DNA from: Patescibacteria group bacterium
GTDB taxonomy: Bacteria > Patescibacteriota > Patescibacteriia > Patescibacteriales > UBA12075
Reading direction: 5' to 3'
Length of the DNA stretch: 64,000 nucleotides
NCBI GenBank assembly: GCA_018897195.1
Contig: JAHILH010000001.1
Coordinates: forward strand, 476,565 to 540,564
Positions within the stretch are counted from its first letter, which is position 1, and the number at the start of each line of letters is the position of its first letter. The notes below the pieces were generated by a model, which was not told where the DNA came from, did no database searches, and saw nothing but the letters and a program-made list of their open reading frames with translations. Made by a program: the position numbers and the translations under genes. This document shows, one piece after another, positions 53,236 through 61,361 of this stretch.

Positions 53236-54351
53236 TTATAGCAACTCTTTAATCCTCTTCACAAAAACTTCTTTTCCATATTTTTGCGCTTGCTCTTCGC
53301 ATTGAATTCGTCGAGCCAGGCACCATTCCGCGCTCATTTTTTGCACAGCTTCGGACACATTATCCTTGTCTGGATTGGAACGAATCAAAATCCCCGTCTC
53401 ACCATCTTCGATTGTCTCAAGCAATCCCCCTTCAGCCACGCCTAGCACGGGCTTACCAGCCGCATTCGCCTCAAGTTGCGTCATACCCGCATCTTCGTCC
53501 ATGGGAATATAAATCGCGGCGCGGCAAGAACCAACTAGCTCGCGCAATTTTTCATCCGGCACATAGCCCAACATTTCGATATTAGCGCAACCTTCGGCCA
53601 ATTTTTGTACTCGCTCGAAACAGGGTCCGCTCGAGGCCACGATTAATTTTTGTTGTGGCATTTTTTTAAACGCCTCCACAATGACATCAATCCGCTTCGC
53701 CTCATCCACGCGCCCCCAAGACAAAAAATAATCCCCTTGCTTAATCCACTGGAATTTATCAGTCGCAATCGGCGGCCAAACAATCGCGTCAGCCTTGAGA
53801 TCAGCATAACGCAAGAGACGATTGGCGATATTTTGTGAGTTGGCAATATTGACATCAAACTGACGCACGGCATATTCATAAGAACGGCGCCACATCCACA
53901 CAAAAATATCAAACAAAGGTCGCAAAAAAAACGGATACGTCTTTCGACTAAACTCGCGCATATCATAAATCCGTCGCGGCGGTGTGTGCGTATAGACTAT
54001 TTTTCTGGCATCTTTGCGACTATAAAAAGCCACCGCTTCAGTCGCCGGCTGTCCGGACGCAATCAGGGTGTCATAAGACTTCAAGCGCTTACGCGCTAGC
54101 CAAAAAATCAGACGAGTATGAAAAAAGCGAATAATGCGCAAATCGATTATACCACCAGACAACACGATAAAGCGCTTGCCCAAGCGCTCACGATAATCCG
54201 CATAAACGCCGTCAATAGCATAGGCGGTAATAAAGTCCGCGCCCAATTCCTCTGCCATAATCAAAGCCGTCCGCTCGCCACCGCCGGGCCAACTGAGATG
54301 GTCGTGGACAACGGCGATTTTTTTAGTTTTAATATTATTGTCAGTCGTCAT
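53236..54351 (-). CDS. glycosyltransferase (GT-B fold, GT4-like)
   Basis: 371 aa. The EDAGMTQLEANAAGKPVL...ETG region fits the E-x7-E type motif context of GT4 enzymes. Confidence 0.8.
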   Translation of the reverse strand: MTTDNNIKTKKIAVVHDHLSWPGGGERTALIMAEELGADFITAYAIDGVYADYRERLGKRFIVLSGGIIDLRIIRFFHTRLIFWLARKRLKSYDTLIASGQPATEAVAFYSRKDARKIVYTHTPPRRIYDMREFSRKTYPFFLRPLFDIFVWMWRRSYEYAVRQFDVNIANSQNIANRLLRYADLKADAIVWPPIATDKFQWIKQGDYFLSWGRVDEAKRIDVIVEAFKKMPQQKLIVASSGPCFERVQKLAEGCANIEMLGYVPDEKLRELVGSCRAAIYIPMDEDAGMTQLEANAAGKPVLGVAEGGLLETIEDGETGILIRSNPDKDNVSEAVQKMSAEWCLARRIQCEEQAQKYGKEVFVKRIKELL

Positions 54352-54353
54352 AT

Positions 54354-54656
54354 TTAATCTTTAATTCTAGTATTAACTCCATCGATAATCTTATAAACAC
54401 GATTCTTATTTTTTTCAACTTTTTTCAAAAGCTCTTCTTCTAAATCAATATTCAAAATCTCCGCTAGACCGAGTAAATAAATTACCACATCAGCCAATTC
54501 TTCTCCCAAATCAGGAAGCTTCTTATGGTATGCGGTAAACGCCTCGGCCAATTCGCCATGCGTCAATCCAAATTCAAAATTGACATCAGTGACATTAAAT
54601 CCCTTAGTAACTTTATTGGCAAAAACATCTTTTTGTAATTTTTGTAAATCGATCAT
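54354..54656 (-). CDS. MazG-like nucleotide pyrophosphohydrolase
   Basis: Start set at the ATG at plus 54654-54656 (MIDLQKLQ...). GELAEAF...LGEELADVVIYLLGLAEILNIDLEEEL is the MazG-type EExxE/D helix pattern. Confidence 0.75.
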   Translation of the reverse strand: MIDLQKLQKDVFANKVTKGFNVTDVNFEFGLTHGELAEAFTAYHKKLPDLGEELADVVIYLLGLAEILNIDLEEELLKKVEKNKNRVYKIIDGVNTRIKD

Positions 54657-54762
54657 ATTATTATACTTTTTTATCAACTTAAGTCTTTTTCCTTGTTAAT
54701 TTTACGCGCCTGCCTGCCTTGGGCGAGGCCGTGTATTTTTTAAAACAATTAAATAAATCAAA

Positions 54763-55554
54763 TTAGTGAAATCCGTGCGCATGGTCCCCAAGCTCTATTC
54801 CGAAAGTATGCGCCCAGACATCGACATTAATCCATTTATCATTAATTCTAACTTGAACATATTGATGTGGTGAAACATACCAAATCAAGGCCCAACGGGT
54901 TCTCACATCCTCTTTCTTAAAAAAACCACTCCCTACTAATAATGATTTTAGTATATAATTAATATTAGTACAGTGCAAAAAACCATTCTTACGCCATAAA
55001 GCCTCAATATCACTCTCAAGAATATTAAACAATTTAGTAATGGTTTTAATTCGTTCGCCGTGATATTTGGCAATCAAAACGTCATAAGCCTTTCGTAGGC
55101 ATCTTTCTTGACTCTGTGCCTTTTTTAATTCGTTAACAATGTTCTGCATTTCACTTTTTATCAAAATAAATAATTTCAAATCTCTCAAAGTTTTTTCAGT
55201 TAGATTTAATTCATTGATTTTATCAACAGCAACCCAATCAAAATCTGCACCTTCCCCTAAAACAAATTCTGATTTTTCCATTTTATTTAAAACATAAAAT
55301 ACATACCGATGCGTTTGAAATTCTTCATTAAAATAATCACATACCTCGACAACATCTACTGGAGCGACTTTAACCCCAATCTCCTCATTAAGTTCTCTAA
55401 TGAAACAATTAATTGGTGTTTCTAAATCTTCATTCAATCCTCCAAAAAAAGCCCAAGCATTTGGATTAAACTTTGTATTTGCATCTCGCTTATGCAATAA
55501 TACAGAATTAATTTTTGGATTATACAAAAATCCACCTGCCCAAAATGTTTTCAT
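54763..55554 (-). CDS. NUDIX hydrolase fused to an unassigned C-terminal domain
   Basis: 263 aa. The Nudix box is GGLNEDLETPINCFIRELNEEIGV. I do not recognise the C-terminal 130 aa or so. Confidence 0.75.
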   Translation of the reverse strand: MKTFWAGGFLYNPKINSVLLHKRDANTKFNPNAWAFFGGLNEDLETPINCFIRELNEEIGVKVAPVDVVEVCDYFNEEFQTHRYVFYVLNKMEKSEFVLGEGADFDWVAVDKINELNLTEKTLRDLKLFILIKSEMQNIVNELKKAQSQERCLRKAYDVLIAKYHGERIKTITKLFNILESDIEALWRKNGFLHCTNINYILKSLLVGSGFFKKEDVRTRWALIWYVSPHQYVQVRINDKWINVDVWAHTFGIELGDHAHGFH

Positions 55555-55565
55555 AGAATATAACT

Positions 55566-56717
55566 TTATAATTGCAATATTTCCCTAAATTTCTTCCCCA
55601 TCACGCCCAAGGAGTACTTTTCTTCAACTAGACGTCGTGCCCTATTACCCATTGTTCGACTCAAATTTTCATCTTGAACAAAAAGCGCGATTTTCTTTTT
55701 CAAATCTTCAATATCACCTGGTCGCGACAAGAAACCTTGCTCTCCATCAACAAAAACACTACGCACGCCCGGCAAATTAGAAGCAACCACGGGATTGCCA
55801 GACGCCATCGCTTCAATCAAGACGATACCAAAGGCTTCGTGGTTATTTATTGATGACAGAATAAATAAATTAACCGTTTTGTAAATGTTAACTAATTCTT
55901 CATCGCTTAAACGACCGCGAAAAACGACTCGGTCGCCAATATTTAGAGATTTCGCCAACAACTCGTATTCACGGCGCATATCGCCATCGCCAACAATATT
56001 CAAGCGCCAATTACTTATCCCTCGCTCACGCAAACGACCCACGGCGTGCAATAGAATATCGACGCCCTTGAAATAATGAGCACGATCCAAAGCGGCCACA
56101 AAAAGAATATCCAGGACAAAGTTTAATTCGCCATCTTGAGATGGATCAGTTTTTGATGAACATTTTACACATTTAAATTTCTCAATATCAACTCCAAAGG
56201 GAATCTCGACAAATTGCTCCTTGTTCCTTAAATAATAATCTCCAATCGCCCCATGCTCAGCATAGTCTAAACTCGAGACCATAATCTTTTCCGCCTGTCT
56301 AAACAGCATTGTCTTAATCATTCGCGCCGGCAAGCTCAATGCTCGCGCTAAGCCCACCAACTCGCCCGTATCCATGTGATAATAAATAAACAACTTTATT
56401 TTCTTGCCATAAAGTAACTTCGCCAACCAAACCACCTCGGCCGCACCAAAAAAGGGATAGTGCAAGACCACCGCGTCATAACCGCGCAATTTCCAAAGTA
56501 ACTGTGGCAAAAATCCCGCCAAACCCAAGCGCAACCACGGCTTCAGGCGAATGACCTTCACACCACCAATAACCTCTTCCGCCTTATGACCAAAATCAAG
56601 CGTCATAACAGTCGCCTCATCACCGGCCGCAACTAGTTGCTCACCAAAACGAGCGACCGAATTACTCATGCCGCTTTTGTAGGGAGGATAGACACAATTG
56701 ATTTGTAATATTTTCAT
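55566..56717 (-). CDS. glycosyltransferase (GT4-like)
   Basis: 383 aa. MKILQINCVYPPYKSGMS at the N-terminus. EAFGIVLIEAMASGNPVV fits the E-x7-E motif. Confidence 0.82.
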   Translation of the reverse strand: MKILQINCVYPPYKSGMSNSVARFGEQLVAAGDEATVMTLDFGHKAEEVIGGVKVIRLKPWLRLGLAGFLPQLLWKLRGYDAVVLHYPFFGAAEVVWLAKLLYGKKIKLFIYYHMDTGELVGLARALSLPARMIKTMLFRQAEKIMVSSLDYAEHGAIGDYYLRNKEQFVEIPFGVDIEKFKCVKCSSKTDPSQDGELNFVLDILFVAALDRAHYFKGVDILLHAVGRLRERGISNWRLNIVGDGDMRREYELLAKSLNIGDRVVFRGRLSDEELVNIYKTVNLFILSSINNHEAFGIVLIEAMASGNPVVASNLPGVRSVFVDGEQGFLSRPGDIEDLKKKIALFVQDENLSRTMGNRARRLVEEKYSLGVMGKKFREILQL

Positions 56718-56745
56718 ATTTTTTATTTACAGTTATTAATCTATC

Positions 56746-56844
56746 TTGTCATTCTGGAACGAAACGAAGTGTAGTGATAGAATCTTCCACTTTGTACGTT
56801 TTTTACGTAGTCGAAGATCCTATCGCTCCGCTCCAGGATGACAG
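56746..56844. repeat. Family-B MITE-like element, second copy
   Basis: The ends are cttgtcattctggaac...ctccaggatgacag. The right arm is the reverse complement of 3347-3392 with a few mismatches. Confidence 0.75.
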
Positions 56845-56851
56845 AAAAGAT

Positions 56852-57556
56852 TTATTTCTTTCCTAGATAAAACCTTCTCTCGCTCTCGCTGAATTTTTCA
56901 ATCGCATACCGCAACATCGTCCGCGGCATTGTCTGGTAATATTTCTTCAAAAAAACCTCCTCCACCATTTGATCGCGCTTCCCCACCTCTCGCAACATCC
57001 AACCCACCGCTTTTTGAATCAAGTCGTGTTTATCATTAACCAATATTTCCGCTATCTTAAGTATATCATAAAAATCATTATTACGTATAAAAGCAAAAGT
57101 TGACACCACGGCAATCCGTTTTTGCCATAAATCTGTTGATTTTGCCAAGTCATACAAGACGCCACGGTCTTTATCGGCTAAATATTGCCCCACAATATGA
57201 TGGCAGGTTACATCTACCAAATCCCAATTATTTATCCATTTCGTGTTACCCAAATAAGCCTTAAATATTTGCTCTTTTTCATTATCTTTCCCGCGCTTGA
57301 ATTTCTCCACCAAAATCAATAAGGCCACCATCCGCTGTTCATGAATCTGGCTTTGCAAAAAATCCAAAACATCTACTAAGGGTAAATCGCGATATTTTTT
57401 CACGATAATTCTCTGCACCGGCACCTTAATACCGAGAAATATATCTCCCTCGCCATATTCACCCGGACTGGTTTTGAAAAATCGCTGCAACAGTGCAGCC
57501 TGATGAGAACTAGCCAGAGCGTGCAAATCTTTTTTCAAATTTTCAATCTTAGACAT
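56852..57556 (-). CDS. DNA alkylation repair protein (AlkD-like HEAT repeat family)
   Basis: 234 aa. FFKTSPGEYGEGDIFLGIKVPVQR, WINNWDLVD and VGWMLREVGK are typical of the family. Confidence 0.8.
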   Translation of the reverse strand: MSKIENLKKDLHALASSHQAALLQRFFKTSPGEYGEGDIFLGIKVPVQRIIVKKYRDLPLVDVLDFLQSQIHEQRMVALLILVEKFKRGKDNEKEQIFKAYLGNTKWINNWDLVDVTCHHIVGQYLADKDRGVLYDLAKSTDLWQKRIAVVSTFAFIRNNDFYDILKIAEILVNDKHDLIQKAVGWMLREVGKRDQMVEEVFLKKYYQTMPRTMLRYAIEKFSESERRFYLGKK

Positions 57557-58133
57557 TTTTATGATTTAACAAAAACTCCCGCAACTCCAAAAACGCCTGA
57601 CCACGGTGGCTGATTTTGTTTTTCGCTTCATTGCCCATCTCAGCACAAGTTAGCGTGTGTCCATCGGGAATAAAAATTGAGTCATAGGGTAATTTTGGCA
57701 AGGACTCACCTCTTTTCTCAAAAGTCATATTACCATGCATTTGACCTGTGAAAACAAATTCGCGACCGTCTGGTAAAACGAGAGCGGCAGCGGTTTCAAA
57801 CCAAGCTTGACGTTGACTTTCGGGAACGTCTTTTATTTTTTCCAAAGTAAAATCGGCAATATCATTATCACCCGCCCAGCGAGCGGAAAAAATTCCCGGG
57901 GCACCATCAAGCGCCTTGATGCAAGCGCCAGAATCATCAGCAATGGCCATCGCGCCAGTTTTGCTCACAACAAAACGCGCCTTCTTTAATGCATTTTCAG
58001 CAAAAGTGGCGCCGTCCTCGACAACATCTTCAAAAACACCAGCCTCTTCGGCACCGACCACCTCGAAGTCATGGAGGATTTTTTTCATTTCGATTAATTT
58101 GCCCTCATTATGAGTGGCGAAGATTATTTTCAT
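57549..58133 (-). CDS. rdgB: dITP/XTP pyrophosphatase (RdgB/HAM1 family)
   Basis: 194 aa. Motifs: KIIFATHNEGKLIEMKKIL, DDSGACI, FARWAG-like SARWAG, KNKISHRGQAF. Confidence 0.9.
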   Translation of the reverse strand: MKIIFATHNEGKLIEMKKILHDFEVVGAEEAGVFEDVVEDGATFAENALKKARFVVSKTGAMAIADDSGACIKALDGAPGIFSARWAGDNDIADFTLEKIKDVPESQRQAWFETAAALVLPDGREFVFTGQMHGNMTFEKRGESLPKLPYDSIFIPDGHTLTCAEMGNEAKNKISHRGQAFLELREFLLNHKNV

Positions 58134-58392
58134 AGATTTATCATTTACAATTAAAAAATAAAATTAAAATAACCACGGGGGTTTGGGGGTGTGAACTAAA
58201 CGCCAGTCTTAAAATAACAAAACCTTTGCTTGTGATAGTGCATTGAACACCCCCAAAAGTTTTGGTTACTTTTGCTTCCAAAAGTGACACAAGCGAGAGC
58301 GCGTAGATTTTAATAATAAAAATATAAAAAAGTATTTATTGTTATTAAAATTTTATCAAGATTAGTCTCTATAATTATGTATCCAAAATCTG

Positions 58393-58430
58393 TGGCGCCT
58401 GGATCCCCGCCTTCGCGGGGATGACGGTGG
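58393..58430. repeat. Family-C GC-rich hairpin repeat (single copy in this window)
   Basis: Sequence gtggcgcctggatccccgccttcgcggggatgacggtg, with hairpin TCCCCGC-cttc-GCGGGGA. It is a GC-rich island in AT-rich spacer directly after the methyltransferase stop. Confidence 0.6.
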
Positions 58431-58432
58431 AA

Positions 58433-59746
58433 TTAAAACCATCCCCAAATTTTCCGTCTCAGAATTAAAACGCTTTCCATGTGCGGTGTCTGCGGATACA
58501 GATCAAACAAGCGCCATTTTTTTACTTTATATTTCTGCTTTAACAAGCGCATGTCCTTGGCTTGCGTCAAGGGATTGCAAGATATATATATAAACTGTTT
58601 TATTTTTGATTTCAAAATTGCCTTCGTCACCTTAGGATGTAGGCCACTGCGCGGCGGATCCACTACCAAAGTTTTGGCTAAAGAAAAAATACCATTCAAG
58701 TCCTGCTTTTCTGAGGCGCCGGAATGTAAAGTGATGTTTTGCAAATTATTGATAGCAATATTTTCCTGTGCAATCTTCACCGCTTCATCATCTAACTCAA
58801 CACTAATAATATTATTAAATTGTTTGGTCAAAAAGAAACCAATCGTGCCCACGCCAGCATAGAGATCAATCAAGTCTCCACCCTTTTTAATATTATCTTT
58901 AACAAAATTCATCAGCTCACCAAATAAGGGCGGGTTGATTTGAAAAAAATTAGAATGACGAAAACGCAATTTTAAGAAATCAATTTTCTCTTCCAAGTAA
59001 TCACGGCCCTGCTGATGCAAAACCTTGGTTATCACCGTCGCGGGCGATTGCGGGTCTGAGTAAATTATTTGCCAGCCAACCACTTCATTAAGAGCCAAAT
59101 CAAAAATTGCAAAATTCTCATCCTTCACATATAAAACTGCCAAACACTTATCCTCGGCCTGACTATAACGCAACACCAAATTTTTTAAAGACTCAATTCC
59201 AACTTGGCGCTCATTCAAAATCTTAACCACCGCACTTGCCACGCTGTTTATCTTCTCACTCGCCAAAACACATTCATCCAATTCATAACAATCATAGCGA
59301 CGACCACGGACGTGAAAAGCCAGGCTCAGATCATCGGTTTCTTTTTTTACAAAACTAAATTCCATTTTATTGCGATACTGCCATTCAGCCTTGGAGCCAA
59401 CAATCATCACCGCTTCGTCAGGCACTAAACCCATCTCATTACTAAATAATTTCTTAGCCATCTCAGCCTTATACTCTAATTGCTTTGGATAATTAATAAT
59501 TTGCCATGGACTACATGATAAATAATGATTCTCTTTTTCCTTTTGACGATCCGCTGACGAATCCAAAATCTGCAAGACCTGCGCCTTCGCCTTGCCCCGA
59601 CTTACCTTAATTGGTCGCACCAAAACTCGCTCGCCCACCATCGTGCCAAACACAAAAATAGAACGATTTTTATATCGCCCCACTCCCTCGCCCGTATGAT
59701 GCATTCTATCAATAACTACTTCAAATTCTTTATCCAGTTTACTCAT
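58433..59746 (-). CDS. rlmD: 23S rRNA (uracil-5-)-methyltransferase RlmD/RumA family
   Basis: 437 aa. A TRAM-like N-terminus is present. Motifs: FFQINP, DLYAGVGTIG, VVDPPRSG, YISCNP. Confidence 0.85.
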   Translation of the reverse strand: MSKLDKEFEVVIDRMHHTGEGVGRYKNRSIFVFGTMVGERVLVRPIKVSRGKAKAQVLQILDSSADRQKEKENHYLSCSPWQIINYPKQLEYKAEMAKKLFSNEMGLVPDEAVMIVGSKAEWQYRNKMEFSFVKKETDDLSLAFHVRGRRYDCYELDECVLASEKINSVASAVVKILNERQVGIESLKNLVLRYSQAEDKCLAVLYVKDENFAIFDLALNEVVGWQIIYSDPQSPATVITKVLHQQGRDYLEEKIDFLKLRFRHSNFFQINPPLFGELMNFVKDNIKKGGDLIDLYAGVGTIGFFLTKQFNNIISVELDDEAVKIAQENIAINNLQNITLHSGASEKQDLNGIFSLAKTLVVDPPRSGLHPKVTKAILKSKIKQFIYISCNPLTQAKDMRLLKQKYKVKKWRLFDLYPQTPHMESVLILRRKIWGWF

Positions 59747-60174
59747 ATTTTTTCCTTGCTTAATTTACAAACTTTTTCTTTACCAAGTTGACGATAAGCC
59801 ACCTCATCACCATAAGCCAAAAAATCTTCATGATGTTTCGGCTCAATATAGCCATTACCGGATTTGTGTTTGATCCCACACCAATAAACCTCCGTCTCGC
59901 CGGCAACCTTAACTGCATAAGCCAATAAGCCATTGGCATAACCACAATAAAGACAATTTAGCTTTGCTACTGGCCCTAAATAAGGAAGTCGATGTCTGTC
60001 AATTCTAACATACTTCGAACGATCAACCAAAGGAAGACCGTAGAGACGAAAAGCAATATTATGATAAATTTCTAGAAAAAAATCTAAAACCAGCAAAGGG
60101 GCTATCATGGGATAAATAAAAATTATCGATAATAAGTGATTAAATAAGTTTTCGGGGTGTCTTTTGTATTCCAT
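59743..60174 (-). CDS. hypothetical membrane protein
   Basis: 143 aa. One or two N-terminal hydrophobic helices and a Cys/His-containing C-terminal part (CLYCGYANG...WCGIKH). It overlaps the rlmD start by 4 nt, suggesting translational coupling. Confidence 0.5.
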   Translation of the reverse strand: MEYKRHPENLFNHLLSIIFIYPMIAPLLVLDFFLEIYHNIAFRLYGLPLVDRSKYVRIDRHRLPYLGPVAKLNCLYCGYANGLLAYAVKVAGETEVYWCGIKHKSGNGYIEPKHHEDFLAYGDEVAYRQLGKEKVCKLSKEKI

Positions 60175-60275
60175 AAATGTGTAACGCTAAACAGCGACTT
60201 ATAAATAATAATACACTTATAATAGCACTTTTATTAAAAAATTCAAGGCAGAACGTCAAGTTTGGACAATTTTAC

Positions 60276-60312
60276 AAATAAAAAACCCCAAACCTGTAAA
60301 TCAGACTTGGGG
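60276..60312 (-). terminator. rho-independent terminator
   Basis: Hairpin CCCCAA...TTGGGG, followed on the minus strand by TTTTTTATTT. Confidence 0.75.
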
Positions 60313-60320
60313 CGATATTT

Positions 60321-60698
60321 TTAAAGATTTTTCAGGAGAAAAGCCAAGCAATTACTTTTGTTTAATTTATGGATCTCCACAACCACGGTCCACAGCATTG
60401 GCATTCCCAAGAAATCCGGGTCAACCAATTCGTACTTATACATGGCTCTATCTTCCAAGAGCCAGTCCTTAAACTGAACGCCATGGCTCCAGGTCGCTTG
60501 TTGCATTTCACGGCATTCATCTAAAACACAGTTCCAGGCAGCGGCTTGGCTATCAGCGACTCCAATAACGCATTTTGAAAAATTAACCATTTCCTTAACC
60601 ACCAAGAAGCGCTCCTCATTATTACTGATAATCGCGACCATGACAGGCCACAAGTTTTTAAGAAAATCTTGTTGAATTTTCCGTTCCCGTGAGCCCAT
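60321..60698 (-). CDS. hypothetical protein
   Basis: 125 aa. Strong AAGGAGGTG Shine-Dalgarno and own terminator. No recognisable motif. Confidence 0.5.
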   Translation of the reverse strand: MGSRERKIQQDFLKNLWPVMVAIISNNEERFLVVKEMVNFSKCVIGVADSQAAAWNCVLDECREMQQATWSHGVQFKDWLLEDRAMYKYELVDPDFLGMPMLWTVVVEIHKLNKSNCLAFLLKNL

Positions 60699-60816
60699 CT
60701 CGCACCTCCTTTTTTTAATCTATTTGTTTATTTAAAGTAAATATAAAAAAATCTAACACAATTCTATAAAAAAGTCAATCAGCAAAAAAATTCACTCTTT
60801 TTTCATCCCACAACAG

Positions 60817-60898
60817 TGCCGACGGCGAGACTTGAACTCGCACGAATAAATTCACTAGAACCTGAATCTAGCGTGTCTACCAATTTCACCACGTCGGC
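60817..60898 (-). tRNA. tRNA-Leu (CAG)
   Basis: Manual cloverleaf: GCCGACG TG GTG AAATTGGTAGA CAC G CTAGA TTCAGGT TCTAG, long variable arm, GCGAG TTCAAGT CTCGC CGTCGGC A. Confidence 0.9.
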
Positions 60899-60911
60899 TT
60901 TTTTATAATTG

Positions 60912-60985
60912 TCGGGACGACAGGATTTAAACCTGCGTTTTCATGACCCCCAGCCATGCGCCTTAAGCTTCTAGACCACATCCCG
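60912..60985 (-). tRNA. tRNA-Pro (GGG)
   Basis: Manual cloverleaf: acceptor CGGGATG/CGTCCCG (C1-G72), anticodon arm CATGG-CTGGGGG-TCATG, T arm GCAGG-TTTAAAT-CCTGT. Confidence 0.85.
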
Positions 60986-61361
60986 ATAATTAATATTCTA
61001 ACAACCAACCGTTACGGTTTCAAGTCTTTTTGACAACTAAAAAAGCCCCACCAAATGAGACCATACAAGAATTGGCTGAAGTATCTACCGGTTCTGTTGT
61101 GAACAACAGATTCATTCGGGCTCCTGTAATTCAGGTGAAATAAATTCATCCAAACATGCACATGAGCAAGAAATCTTTTGAACCATTTTCCTATTTCCTA
61201 CCTCACGAGGTGCGGAAAACTGCGGAAAGCCAATGTCTACTATTTTGATCCAAATCTTGTTAGCTCTTGGTGAAGCTTTTTCAGAAGACAGATACTCTTT
61301 ATCTATCTTTCTACTTATAGTATAGCATGGGAAACATTAAGAGTAAATTAAACACAGTAAT

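Noticed and set aside
60986-61361. RNase P RNA, tmRNA or SRP RNA in the tRNA-adjacent spacer
   Set aside because: A weak resemblance (ACAGAACCGG versus the RNase P 3' ACAGAAYCCGGC) is not accompanied by the P4 GGAAAGTCC element. No tRNA-like tmRNA end and no SRP GGAA tetraloop context were found on either strand.
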